A stretch of DNA of 64,000 nucleotides from contig JAHFKN010000003.1 in assembly GCA_023245355.1 (NCBI GenBank), positions 57,368 to 121,367 on the forward strand, in the 5' to 3' direction. This document shows positions 1 to 9,301 of this stretch, piece by piece; within the stretch, counting starts at the first letter, position 1, and every line of letters begins with the position of its first letter. Made by a program: the position numbers and the translations under genes. Under the pieces are notes generated by a model, which saw only the letters and a program-made list of their open reading frames with translations, was not told where the DNA came from and did not search any database. The stretch comes from Candidatus Gottesmanbacteria bacterium. GTDB lineage: Bacteria > Patescibacteriota > Microgenomatia > UBA10105 > UBA927.

Positions 1-643
1 ATTTTCGGCTTCCCGTGATAATTACTCCGCCCAGAATAGTCGTGATAAGCATCATTCCCATGATAGTGCCTATCCCGAAGATACAAAGATACAGCAGAGC
101 CAGATTCTGATCGCTGATACTGCCCAGCACCAGGAGCGCGACGGCAGCGGAACCGGCCAGTCCGTGAATGAGGCCTACGATAAGCGGCCGGAGCAGCTGG
201 AAGACGCCGTGCTGCGTGATGAATTCCGCGACCGCTTCATGGCGTCTGCTTTTTTCATGCAGCGATGCGTCATGATGGTGCACATGGATATGCATCCTAT
301 CATGCTGATGGAAGTGGCTGTGTACGCCGGAGAATGCTCCGAGAAGTTTTTGCATGATACCGGTCAGGTTGAGTATCCCCAATACAACGAGCGCTATCGC
401 GACGACAAATTCAAAAGACAACTGGAGTTTTGCCGGTATGGAAACATGAAAAAGAATGATTGCGATGCCTACGACAATAATCATCATGGTGTGTCCGATG
501 CCCCAGCTGATGCCTATCATGGCCGCTGACGTAAGTTTACGGGCACGGGAAACAATCGTTGTCACGGCTGCTACATGATCGGCATCCGTTGCGTGTTTTA
601 AGCCCAGAAGGAATCCTACGGCAAGAATAGTAAATGGATTCAT
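1..643 (-). CDS. NicO/RcnA-type nickel/cobalt transporter (3' end outside window)
   Basis: Manual translation from ATG at 643: MNPFTILAVGFLLGLKHATDADHVAAV (HxxxxDH motif), GIGHT, His-rich loop HSHFHQHDRMHIHVHHH, GLIHGLAGSAA. Missing from the ORF track because it runs off the edge. Confidence 0.85.
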   Translation of the reverse strand, partial: MNPFTILAVGFLLGLKHATDADHVAAVTTIVSRARKLTSAAMIGISWGIGHTMMIIVVGIAIILFHVSIPAKLQLSFEFVVAIALVVLGILNLTGIMQKLLGAFSGVHSHFHQHDRMHIHVHHHDASLHEKSRRHEAVAEFITQHGVFQLLRPLIVGLIHGLAGSAAVALLVLGSISDQNLALLYLCIFGIGTIMGMMLITTILGGVIITGSRK

Positions 644-653
644 GCTGTTTTCG

Positions 654-1166
654 TTATATCCAGTGTTCCAGGAGTACCATCAGCGTCACGATCCAGAGAG
701 CGATTTCAAGATACAGCACCCAATGTTTCATATACCAATGCACCCATTCATGCGTATCGCTGGGTATGATAGGAAGCATGCGGATAAAACTGTATTTTTT
801 CTTAATCCACGGCCCGAACCATGCAATGCCGTGGTAGATGGAAAACGTATCAAGAATAAAGTGGAGGAATACGTTGACCGTCGCAAGTCCGAGGTAGGTG
901 TAGAAAAACCGTATATGGAACGGGAGTGCCAGAACAGCAACGAATCCGAACACAATAAACCAGTTGGCCGGATAGTGTGACAGGTTTTTCAGCGCGCTGT
1001 GGTGGTCGTACACTCTGCGCAGCGATACAAGGCCGTCTATATCCGGGATATTGGCAAACGCGACCCCCAGAATGTAGGGGGTGATAGTAGTATCCGGCAG
1101 CCAACCGCGGTCAACAAAAAATTTTGTGACAAGGAGTCCGACTGCAGCATGAGAAAGTGTTGTCAT
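654..1166 (-). CDS. YdjM-like membrane-bound metal-dependent hydrolase
   Basis: Motifs SH..., PDID, SH, HFILD within hydrophobic segments. Confidence 0.75.
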   Translation of the reverse strand: MTTLSHAAVGLLVTKFFVDRGWLPDTTITPYILGVAFANIPDIDGLVSLRRVYDHHSALKNLSHYPANWFIVFGFVAVLALPFHIRFFYTYLGLATVNVFLHFILDTFSIYHGIAWFGPWIKKKYSFIRMLPIIPSDTHEWVHWYMKHWVLYLEIALWIVTLMVLLEHWI

Positions 1167-1183
1167 ACGGTGCGAGATGGGTA

Positions 1184-1558
1184 TTAGCCTGTTTTGGTTT
1201 GTGTCGGTTCCGGCGACTTCAATGGCGCTTCTTTCGGGTGCGTTTTCCGTTTCGCGATCTTCCCCAGTGTATACATGACGCGTTTGTGAAGGTCAATATT
1301 TTTTATGCGGGCAAAACGGATCACGGAGACGATGATATCTCCCAGTTCCTGTTCGTATGTTTCATCCTGCTGGGCGGCGAGGTTGGTGGGTTTCCGTCCG
1401 TGTTTAGCCAGGTACGCTCTGGCCATTTCACCGATTTCCTCGACCAGCGACAGAATGAGAAATGACCCGAATTCCTCCTGGTTTTTAACGTTTTTGTCCG
1501 CTTCTTCGAGGATAGTGATGTATTTACCGAACGGCGATCTGATTTGCGGTTTGTTCAC
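1184..1558 (-). CDS. MazG-like nucleotide pyrophosphohydrolase
   Basis: LVEEIGEMA...EQELGDII motif. GTG start at 1558 inferred from TATAAT 6 nt upstream. Confidence 0.8.
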   Translation of the reverse strand: MNKPQIRSPFGKYITILEEADKNVKNQEEFGSFLILSLVEEIGEMARAYLAKHGRKPTNLAAQQDETYEQELGDIIVSVIRFARIKNIDLHKRVMYTLGKIAKRKTHPKEAPLKSPEPTQTKTG

Positions 1559-1595
1559 CCGGTTATTATAGCAGAACGCGCAGTATTCGTGCGAT

Positions 1596-1985
1596 TTATT
1601 TGCCGCCGATAATCTGCACGGTGTTGCCGTCGGGGTCGGAGAATGTGGCAAACCATTTTTCCATTGTCGGCGCTTTAAACGGCGCGGCGACAAACGGGAC
1701 GTTTTTGCTGACAAGATATGCATGTGCTGCACTGACGGAGTCGACATTTATGTTAAACATGATGCGCACGGGGTCTTTGTTGGTCCCTTGGATTTCCGAA
1801 TGTTGTCCTATCCACAGAAAGGGGAGGCCGTCAGGAAATTCGAATAAAATACCGGTGTCCTGCGGGTGATTGAGATGCTCATTAACCTTTAAATTGAACA
1901 CATCCTGATACCAGTGCGCTAACCGCTCATAATCCGCCGACCAAATGAGAATTGTAGTGATTTTATGAAATGTAATTGCTTCCAT
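1596..1985 (-). CDS. VOC/glyoxalase family protein
   Basis: WYQDVF, FNINVDSV and FSDPDGN motifs. Confidence 0.85.
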   Translation of the reverse strand: MEAITFHKITTILIWSADYERLAHWYQDVFNLKVNEHLNHPQDTGILFEFPDGLPFLWIGQHSEIQGTNKDPVRIMFNINVDSVSAAHAYLVSKNVPFVAAPFKAPTMEKWFATFSDPDGNTVQIIGGK

Positions 1986-2026
1986 TGAGGATTATTATAG
2001 CATGGCATCATGTGATTTTTCTGGGG

Positions 2027-2632
2027 TCATCGGTGTATGAGTAGGAAGAGGCCGATCATGCCGATAATCCCGAGCGAGTTGAGCATGTAAGAAGACAGAA
2101 CAAACCGGTGTGCGCTTACCCGTGAGATACCCAAAAGACCGATAGCTAAATCATCAGGCAGGGGGGTTACGATGATAAATATCACCAAGAGCGGCAAGGT
2201 CCACCGGAACATCCTGCTGTGGAATATATGTATAAGTTTCCTGCCGTGAAATTCATTAAAAATATCCTCAATTTCTTCCAGCAGTTCGGTATTGAGCACG
2301 TGGAGTATGGTCATGTCAGCTGCGACCGCGCTTGCCCCTGAGAGTGCTATAACCTGCCAGATCGGCGTCTGTTTTGCCAGAATGGAAAGCATAAGCCCTC
2401 CGATGGGAGCTGTAAACGGCGTGACAAACAGAATACCGGCTGCGGCAATTGCAGCAAACCGGTACATTCCCAGTCCGGAGAGCGCAGTTTCGAGACCGTT
2501 CCCTTGAGCAAGCCAGACTGTGACGATAAGCCCGACAGCGCACAGAATGAGGTTTATGTGGGTGTGCCGTTTGCGGAGTTGTTTTGGGTGCTTGAGGTGG
2601 CGGTGGTTGGATAAGTGGATTGGCCTACGCAT
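2027..2632 (-). CDS. hypothetical multi-pass membrane protein
   Basis: Several hydrophobic helices and a TPLPDD motif (DedA/VTT-like). Confidence 0.6.
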   Translation of the reverse strand: MRRPIHLSNHRHLKHPKQLRKRHTHINLILCAVGLIVTVWLAQGNGLETALSGLGMYRFAAIAAAGILFVTPFTAPIGGLMLSILAKQTPIWQVIALSGASAVAADMTILHVLNTELLEEIEDIFNEFHGRKLIHIFHSRMFRWTLPLLVIFIIVTPLPDDLAIGLLGISRVSAHRFVLSSYMLNSLGIIGMIGLFLLIHR

Positions 2633-2698
2633 ATATGTATATAGTAGCAAATTCCGTGTGAATCTGAACCACTCATCATCGGAAGAGAATGTCCCGTG

Positions 2699-2905
2699 TT
2701 ATACCAAATCAGAGAGTTTGTGTGTGGAAAAAAGCACGATGAGCCCTAGTACCAGCGAGATAATGTAGCTAGCCAGCAAATGATCCGGAAATATGTAGAG
2801 ATCCATGAGGCCCCATGCGCCGCGCCAGACCAGAACCACGGCAACTGCTATCCATAGCACACGGATATACGACGGTTTCCTTTTTTTCATATGCAGTTTA
2901 GGCAT
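2699..2905 (-). CDS. small two-TM hypothetical protein
   Basis: VWRGAWGLMDLY segment, two hydrophobic helices. Confidence 0.6.
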   Translation of the reverse strand: MPKLHMKKRKPSYIRVLWIAVAVVLVWRGAWGLMDLYIFPDHLLASYIISLVLGLIVLFSTHKLSDLV

Positions 2906-3053
2906 GGCAGGCCTTAGTGGCCAGACTTAGAATAGTTTGGCACAAAGTAAGCTCGTTTGAAATAGATGAAATTGGTCAGTTCCTAAATCCCCAGCCAGCA
3001 ATTTTGTCTATGCTTAGTTAAAAGGATTATAATCAAATTATTATCTAAACTCT

Positions 3054-4151
3054 ATGGAAACTTCAGGTGGAAATGTGGGCAACCCAAAGAAAAATTTCAG
3101 GTTGATAATACAACTCTGGCTTGTATTTGAAGTTAGTGTTTTAGTTTTTCTTACTGATTTTGTCTATGTAATAGCGATAAAGAAAGTCTTGTTTAATGAG
3201 GCTCCAGATGTTTTCGGAATCGTTCTATTAGCATCTATGCTTGTAGGAGGATTATCTTTCTTTTTGGCAATAGTCCTCAGTCTGCTTAGAAAGCACTTTA
3301 GCGATAAGAAAATAACTTTTTCAAAAGTTTTATTGATACTACTGACGTTACCTGTGTTGCCATTTTACTTGTTCGTCTCGCATCTTCTTGATAAAAACAG
3401 AAAGCTTTTTCCAAGACTACTGAGTGGTTCTGTTTTGTTGGTTGTTTTATTTCCCTTTTGGATTTTGGGATATGTAGTTCTGTATTATGTTTCTACGGAT
3501 GAATTGTTTTTGGGTTCAAGATATCAAGTTTCGTCAATTGCATATTCCGATTCCATGATGCCTACCTTCAAACCAGGGTCAATTGGTAAGTATTATCCTT
3601 ACAAAAATATATTTTACAAATTAAATCCTAACTGGGCTTATAAGATTGAACGAGGAGACATTGTAAGGTTCAGTAGTGGGGTGACTCAAGATTATTTGAA
3701 TAAGGAGGGAAATATAGACTACCACAATTTTGTTAAGAGGGTTATTGCAATTGAGGGAGATAAAGTTGAACTCAGAGCAGGAGTGGTAATACTAAACAGT
3801 GAGCCATTATCAGAACCTTACACCCTTGAACCCAATTCAACTTTTGCCCTGGATGACGCATACAAGAATGCAAAATCGCAGGGTTTAAGTGGGCTGTTTT
3901 TGGATGAATGTAAAGCTATTGTAATTCCAGAGGGTAAGCTATTTGTACTAGGTGATAACAGAAAAAATAGCAATGACTCAAGAGTTATTGGTCTAGTTGA
4001 TTTGGCAGACATTAATGGGTACTTTCCGTACAAAGAACAGAAACAACCATTCAAAGAAGGAGTAAATGTTATTAATTACTCTGACCAATGGAGAACCTCA
4101 ACTGACCTAAATTCTTCAATTCTCCAGAAGGTTGAAAATTATTGTTTATAA
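3054..4151 (+). CDS. lepB: signal peptidase I (S26) with extended N-terminal TM region
   Basis: SDSMMPT (catalytic Ser), RGDIV, FVKRVIA (catalytic Lys), GDNRKNSNDSR. Confidence 0.85.
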   Translation: METSGGNVGNPKKNFRLIIQLWLVFEVSVLVFLTDFVYVIAIKKVLFNEAPDVFGIVLLASMLVGGLSFFLAIVLSLLRKHFSDKKITFSKVLLILLTLPVLPFYLFVSHLLDKNRKLFPRLLSGSVLLVVLFPFWILGYVVLYYVSTDELFLGSRYQVSSIAYSDSMMPTFKPGSIGKYYPYKNIFYKLNPNWAYKIERGDIVRFSSGVTQDYLNKEGNIDYHNFVKRVIAIEGDKVELRAGVVILNSEPLSEPYTLEPNSTFALDDAYKNAKSQGLSGLFLDECKAIVIPEGKLFVLGDNRKNSNDSRVIGLVDLADINGYFPYKEQKQPFKEGVNVINYSDQWRTSTDLNSSILQKVENYCL

Positions 4152-4203
4152 CGAAGAAATACATATATGAAAATGTTACACGCAGGAAATAGAATCATTT
4201 TTA

Positions 4204-4371
4204 ATGTTTTGTAATGAAGATCCGAAGCTGTTTGCCAGTTCGAGACCTGCCTTGCAAAGAGAACTTTTAAGATTTGTTATCTCGAACCTTATTTTGAGGG
4301 ATAAAAAGGTCAAATATACGCTCAAAACTCCATTTGATATAGTAGCCAAATACTCTCAAAGTGAGAATTAG
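4204..4371 (+). pseudogene. C-terminal remnant of a large serine recombinase
   Basis: Translates ...LFASSRPALQRELLRFVISNLILRDKKVKYTLKTPFDIVAKYSQSEN*QARRESNP, which resembles tails of recombinases that read into the antisense tRNA end. No catalytic domain remains. Confidence 0.55.
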
Positions 4372-4442
4372 CAGGCTCGGAGGGAATCGAACCCCCAATA
4401 GAGGTTTTGGAGACCCCTGGTATACCATTTACCTACGAGCCT
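4372..4442 (-). tRNA. tRNA-Trp (CCA)
   Basis: AGGCTCG acceptor stem, anticodon loop CT-CCA-AA, GGTTCGATTCC T-arm. Confidence 0.95.
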
Positions 4443-4450
4443 ATGATGAT

Positions 4451-4699
4451 CTATTTTATCAGCTTCAGACGTTTAATTAAACCTTGATAGGCGGATCCGT
4501 GTTGTTTCAGCTTGTGCTCCCGTACTGTTGCACTGATTTTATCACGGTATGCTTCGTAATATATGAGTTGGGGATGAATCATTTTTCTTGTTGTAAAGGT
4601 TTTGCCACTAATATGTTCGCGAATTCTACGTTTAAGATCGCTTGAGTATCCAATATATAGTGAGTGATTGTTGTCTTGAAGAAGGTATACGTAATACAT
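4451..4699 (-). CDS. stand-alone GIY-YIG nuclease (UPF0213/YhbQ-like)
   Basis: YYVYLL...LYIGYS.DLKRR..EH, YYEAY, A..RE..LK. Confidence 0.9.
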   Translation of the reverse strand: MYYVYLLQDNNHSLYIGYSSDLKRRIREHISGKTFTTRKMIHPQLIYYEAYRDKISATVREHKLKQHGSAYQGLIKRLKLIK

Positions 4700-4700
4700 G

Positions 4701-4753
4701 GGTATACCATTTACCCCGCCTTTCGCGAAAGGCTGGGTTTACCTACGAGCCTA
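4701..4753 (-). repeat. duplicated tRNA-Trp 5' stub interrupted by a palindrome
   Basis: 4701-4715 equals 4419-4433 and 4738-4753 equals 4428-4443. Hairpin CCCCGCCTTTCGCGAAAGGCTGGG lies between them. Confidence 0.9.
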
Positions 4754-4812
4754 ACTAAAGGGTATTGTAGCAATTTTCGGCCGGGAATGAAATTCCAAAT
4801 CCGAAGGAACGA

Positions 4813-5322
4813 TTACAGAAGTTTGAGCGTGGTAATGAATTGCGTAAATACCGGCCCGAAGCCGCCGATATATACATCAAGGCCTGTTTTGGGATGGGTG
4901 AACATAAGTTTATCGGTCGGGGATCCGTCTTTGGCGGACGTATCGTGATACAGACGGGCTGAGACACTTGCCGTGCCGCTCGCTACAGGAATGTTCATGG
5001 ATTCGATTTTATCCGCCGGTAACGCGATTCCGGGAATATCTTTCTGACAGACGACGATAACGGATCCATCCGGATGGGAAAGATTTGCAAATACCGTGCC
5101 GCTGGTCGAGCTTTCCATCGGGGTTAACGTGTTCGGATATTGAAATGAGACGCCGCATGTAGAACCCACAAGATACGCAAACGTCGGTGACGGCGTGGTA
5201 ATCTGCGTGGGAAGAGCGTTGGTGGACGCTTGCTGCGGGATAGTCCGGCCGAGGTTAAAGCCGATAAGAAGCGCGGCAACAATTGCCAAAAAAGCCGTAA
5301 AGAGCAGAGTGTTTCTGTGCAT
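4813..5322 (-). CDS. membrane-anchored hypothetical protein (PsbP-like fold possible)
   Basis: N-terminal TM from MHRNTLL, PT-rich linker, SFQYP motif, C-terminal FTQFITTLKL. Confidence 0.65.
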   Translation of the reverse strand: MHRNTLLFTAFLAIVAALLIGFNLGRTIPQQASTNALPTQITTPSPTFAYLVGSTCGVSFQYPNTLTPMESSTSGTVFANLSHPDGSVIVVCQKDIPGIALPADKIESMNIPVASGTASVSARLYHDTSAKDGSPTDKLMFTHPKTGLDVYIGGFGPVFTQFITTLKLL

Positions 5323-5326
5323 GCCT

Positions 5327-5500
5327 TTAGTCCAGCTTGCTTGTTTCTTTGTGCTCTGTGTGTTTCCGGCATTTCCGGCAATACTTTTTGAGCACGATTT
5401 TTTCCGTTGTGTTGACCTTATTTCTACTAGTGATGTAGTTTTGGGATTTGCACACGGTGCAGATGAGCGCGAGCACGAGTCGTTGATCTTTTTTTGCCAT
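5327..5500 (-). CDS. rpmG: 50S ribosomal protein L33 (Zn-ribbon type)
   Basis: LICTVCKSQNYITSRNK...LKKYCRKCRKHTEHKE. Confidence 0.95.
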   Translation of the reverse strand: MAKKDQRLVLALICTVCKSQNYITSRNKVNTTEKIVLKKYCRKCRKHTEHKETSKLD

Positions 5501-5527
5501 AGAGGGATTATAGCCCAAAAACGTTTG

Positions 5528-6490
5528 TTACTCAAGCAGTCTGTTGCTGATTATGGCGGCTGCGACGGTTTGGGAAAAGAACGCACGTCCGGAATCAGAG
5601 TAGTGTATATGGTCGCCTGCGTTTATAAGTGAGAGTCTGCCGTTCCCTTTGGCGTCCATGCTGGAATGGTATGCATCGGCCACCGGGAATCCCTGGCTTT
5701 TGGCAAACGCGACCGTGTTTTCTATGTATTTTTTGATTTCCGTCACCTTATCGAGTTTTCCCTGAGTACCGAAAGAAATACCGGGCGCTCCGTCGCCGAA
5801 TACGTCCCAATTGGGAGTGATGGTTGCGGCAAAAATGATTTTGGTTTCCGGAAGTTCGCGGCGGATTGTGTCGACGATGTCAGCTAGCTTCAGCCAATGG
5901 CGGGTAAGCGCTTCATTGATGTCAGCAGACGGATATGGGTTGTATCCGAATGACTCCACAACGATAACATCGGGCTTTTCACTTACGACCGAATTTCTCC
6001 CTAATCCGAGATATGAATAGCCGTTGGTGAGCCTGCGCAGTCCCGAATCGATATTTTCAGCTCCGACTCCGTGGTTGATGATGGTAAATGTGGCATTGGG
6101 GTAGACGGCATTGAGCCGTCCGGCGAGTCCGCTTCCGACCGGACCTAACGTGTCGATCATCGAATCGCCGAGCAATGTTACGGTCCAGGATTTTTTCCGT
6201 GCAGTTCTTGTTGCCGGTGTCGGAGACGGACTTGCGATCCCGGGTTCCGTTGGCACGGGCATAAGCGTCGGAGAAGGAGTCGCTGTTGCAACGGACTGGC
6301 CGAGGACTGAGCCCGTGTCTGGGATAACATGTAACAGATCGCTGAAACTGACCAGCGGTTTGGATACAGGGCGGTTTGGCAGCAATATCGGTGTGGGATC
6401 AGGTAACGGAGATATGATTCCTTCGGACGCGTATACCGTGAATGAAAACATCAGAAAACTTCCGATAATAAATACCGCAATCCAGCGCAT
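5528..6490 (-). CDS. exported SGNH/GDSL hydrolase
   Basis: Signal peptide, LGDSM, NHGVGA, FGYN, DHIH blocks. Confidence 0.85.
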   Translation of the reverse strand: MRWIAVFIIGSFLMFSFTVYASEGIISPLPDPTPILLPNRPVSKPLVSFSDLLHVIPDTGSVLGQSVATATPSPTLMPVPTEPGIASPSPTPATRTARKKSWTVTLLGDSMIDTLGPVGSGLAGRLNAVYPNATFTIINHGVGAENIDSGLRRLTNGYSYLGLGRNSVVSEKPDVIVVESFGYNPYPSADINEALTRHWLKLADIVDTIRRELPETKIIFAATITPNWDVFGDGAPGISFGTQGKLDKVTEIKKYIENTVAFAKSQGFPVADAYHSSMDAKGNGRLSLINAGDHIHYSDSGRAFFSQTVAAAIISNRLLE

Positions 6491-6545
6491 ATATCCATCA
6501 TAATGGGCATACGGGGGTACGGTCTAGTAGGGAATGTTATGGGTA

Positions 6546-6932
6546 TTATTCCCGTTTCAGCAGCGTGCTTTCCACGCGTTTCGCGCCGAAAAACTCTTTA
6601 CAGAATGCCTCGGTTTTTTTTGCGTCATACCACGCACATGAGAATATGTTGAGATACACGCTTTTTTTGTATTCTGAAAAATGTGCGGTGACGGAGCTTG
6701 TTTCTATAAGCTGGACCAGCGAATACCCGCTCGTGATGGGATTATCGTGTCCGAAATGAGGGATAAGCGGTTCACCATACCGTTTCATCATGATGACGTC
6801 ATCGCAGAGTGTAATCACGAATTCTTTAATTTTTTCTCCGCTTGAGATTGTCTCAAGGTTACAGTCGTATAAATTGAGGATAAGCTCCTGTCCGAACATC
6901 GTTTCTTCATTGGGTGTGGGTGAATTCAGCAT
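6546..6932 (-). CDS. speD: S-adenosylmethionine decarboxylase proenzyme
   Basis: GQELILNLYDC, GYSLVQLIETSSVTAH, LNIFSC. Confidence 0.85.
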   Translation of the reverse strand: MLNSPTPNEETMFGQELILNLYDCNLETISSGEKIKEFVITLCDDVIMMKRYGEPLIPHFGHDNPITSGYSLVQLIETSSVTAHFSEYKKSVYLNIFSCAWYDAKKTEAFCKEFFGAKRVESTLLKRE

Positions 6933-7105
6933 GCTGTTTCTTATGACCGGAGTTTGCTATCAGGTTGATGCGCATTTCTCCGATGCACAATACCAAAAAA
7001 TAATTATTACTGTTTATTTAGATAACGGTATTTTTACACCCTTGTCAATACATGAAACGGATGTATTTCATCTGACGCGCTCTGACAGGCGAAATAATTT
7101 ATACT

Positions 7106-7975
7106 ATGTATATGAACTGGATTCTCGCAGGATTCCTTATGTTTGCTTTCTCGGTCGTGCAATATCTGCTCGTCCGCAAAAGCGTTCAGCTGAAAACTCC
7201 GTCGCAGTTTTCTAATTTAGCCATGTTCCTAATCCCGTCCGTGTTATTTTACGGAATTTCGGCCGCATCGGGGATAAGTCTTCATATCGGGTGGTATGAA
7301 TTTGCCGTGATTGTCGTGCTTGCCGTATTTTTCAGTTATTTGGGAAATGTATGGTCGTTAAAAAGCATAGAAGTTGCGCCGAACCCCGGATATAGCCTTG
7401 TGTTGTCCAAGAGCTATGTAGTGTTTACAACCCTTGCTTCCATCCCGTTATTTCATGCGGCTCTTACCGTCCGATCGGGAATAGCAATTGCAATCATCCT
7501 CGTATGTTCAGCGCTCATATCAATTACGGGAAAGGTGAAACAAGCCGGCCATGTCCGCGCGTCATGGCTGCCGCTTTCAATCGGTGCATTTTTTTGTTGG
7601 GGAATGCTCTCACTGACCTCAAAATACCTCCTGATTCTGGGCGTACACATATATAGTCGGCTTATATACTCCATGGTCATCGTGACCGTGTTAATCGGTA
7701 TCGAAATGGCAGTGAAAAAAATATCGTTCCGGCGTATTTCTTTGCGGCAGGCTGCAATTTCCGTACTGATCGGCGTATGTTCCGCCGGATTTAATTATTT
7801 TATGCAGGCCGGTTTCGCGACGGCTCCGAATATCGGCTATATCAACGCGATGAACGCGTCTTCTATCGGACTGGTGGTTTTGGGATCGGCAGTATTTTTT
7901 CACGATGAATTTTCGCTCCGCAAAGGTATCGGGGTGGCCGGAGTCATCGCCGGACTTATCATGTTAGTCGTATAA
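7106..7975 (+). CDS. EamA/DMT family transporter
   Basis: About 10 TM helices in two repeats. Confidence 0.8.
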   Translation: MYMNWILAGFLMFAFSVVQYLLVRKSVQLKTPSQFSNLAMFLIPSVLFYGISAASGISLHIGWYEFAVIVVLAVFFSYLGNVWSLKSIEVAPNPGYSLVLSKSYVVFTTLASIPLFHAALTVRSGIAIAIILVCSALISITGKVKQAGHVRASWLPLSIGAFFCWGMLSLTSKYLLILGVHIYSRLIYSMVIVTVLIGIEMAVKKISFRRISLRQAAISVLIGVCSAGFNYFMQAGFATAPNIGYINAMNASSIGLVVLGSAVFFHDEFSLRKGIGVAGVIAGLIMLVV

Positions 7976-7995
7976 ACGTATTACAGTTATTTTGT

Positions 7996-9012
7996 ATGGC
8001 AGATATATTTTATCCGGTAGCACACCGGTCAGACGAAGAAATTGAGGCACTGAAAAACCGGTATGTTTCGTTTGACGAAAACGTTATTCCCGGACTGATA
8101 AAACAATCGTGCAGCATGACGGCCGTATCCTGGAAAAAACCGGAAAGCTGGAGCACGTCACACGTCATTTACGTCGTGTCGGTCCGTGAGCGGCAGCGTC
8201 CTGTCGTTATCCGCGCAAATATCGGCTGGGGAGAGCCTGAGCGGTACATGCTGGTCGAGAAATGTATTACCGACAGGGCAGCGGTTCACGGAATTCCGGT
8301 TAACCGTATTCTCTATGTGGATATCAGCAGGGAGATATACCCGTTCGATTATCAGATTCAGGATATGCTGGAAGGCAAAGATATCGAAAGTTCATTTCGC
8401 GGAACCCGGGCTGAGTATGACCAGTTGTCATTTGATCTGGGTGCATATGTCGGGAAATGGGGTGAGTTGGAGTTTGAAGGGTTCGGCCGGTTTGATCTGG
8501 ATGAAGCTGAACATAGCTCGCTTGCAGGCACGAAGCAATCCATGTATGAATACATGATCGTGCGGCTCGATGAGGATATCCGGTATTTAGCCGATGCGCA
8601 GGTTGTCTCAGTCATGCAGGCTGATGCAATCCGGAAATTATTTGAAATACATAAGCCGGTGATGAATGTGAAAAAAGGAACCCTGGTGCAATATGACCTC
8701 GCGGATCATAACGTGATGTTTGACGGCGGGAAAACGATTACCGGTATTTTTGACTGGGAAGCGGCGGTAACAGGAGACCCGGTGTTGGATTTAGCGAGTG
8801 CCCCTACATGGAAGACGTTTTTCCCTCGTGAGGAAAAAATGATAGAGGGGTACCGTTCCGTACGGGATCTGCCGAATTTTTTCAGGGAAAAAATAGCGAT
8901 TTACCGCCTGCGCACCATGCTGTGGAAAATGGTGTATGCCATACGGGCGGGGATTCTCAATGAAGACAGGAAGAAAAAGTTTGAGGCAGCGCTCGTGCCA
9001 TTTAGGATATAA
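7996..9012 (+). CDS. aminoglycoside phosphotransferase/choline kinase family protein
   Basis: LVQYDLADHNV and GIFDWE kinase motifs. Confidence 0.8.
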   Translation: MADIFYPVAHRSDEEIEALKNRYVSFDENVIPGLIKQSCSMTAVSWKKPESWSTSHVIYVVSVRERQRPVVIRANIGWGEPERYMLVEKCITDRAAVHGIPVNRILYVDISREIYPFDYQIQDMLEGKDIESSFRGTRAEYDQLSFDLGAYVGKWGELEFEGFGRFDLDEAEHSSLAGTKQSMYEYMIVRLDEDIRYLADAQVVSVMQADAIRKLFEIHKPVMNVKKGTLVQYDLADHNVMFDGGKTITGIFDWEAAVTGDPVLDLASAPTWKTFFPREEKMIEGYRSVRDLPNFFREKIAIYRLRTMLWKMVYAIRAGILNEDRKKKFEAALVPFRI

Positions 9013-9047
9013 CCCCCGGGGGTGTGAACGGGATGTATTCCGTGCGT

Positions 9048-9272
9048 TTATTTTTTGGGTTTGTCGTTTAAATCTATTCTTAATACCCTTTTCGTCAGGC
9101 GGTATGCAATCTCGGCAAGGGAATTCATTTTTTCGATTTTTTCATCATCAGTACCGTCTTCGGTAACCACTTTCAGAATATTTGCATGTGCAGCATCTAC
9201 AATTTCCTGCCTGTCGCGGTTGAGAATTCTTTTCATCCTCCGATGCGGATGTGGTGGCTGATCTTCGCTCAT
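9048..9272 (-). CDS. hypothetical protein
   Basis: Fills the gap between genes; 74 aa, charged. Confidence 0.5.
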   Translation of the reverse strand: MSEDQPPHPHRRMKRILNRDRQEIVDAAHANILKVVTEDGTDDEKIEKMNSLAEIAYRLTKRVLRIDLNDKPKK

Positions 9273-9301
9273 GTATCCGAGTATATCAAATAATGAATTT
9301 A

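Larger units (their letters stand above)
2905..4376. mobile_element. decayed integrative island at the tRNA-Trp 3' end
   Basis: Bounded by TGGCAGGC (2905-2912) and TAGCAGGC (4369-4376, the tRNA 3' end). Visibly AT-rich. Contains a signal peptidase and a recombinase C-terminal remnant. Confidence 0.6.

Noticed and set aside
4372..4753. Group I intron with homing endonuclease splitting tRNA-Trp (same idea for tRNA-Ile)
   Set aside because: The tRNAs are complete and uninterrupted downstream of the ORFs, and there is no room for a ribozyme core.
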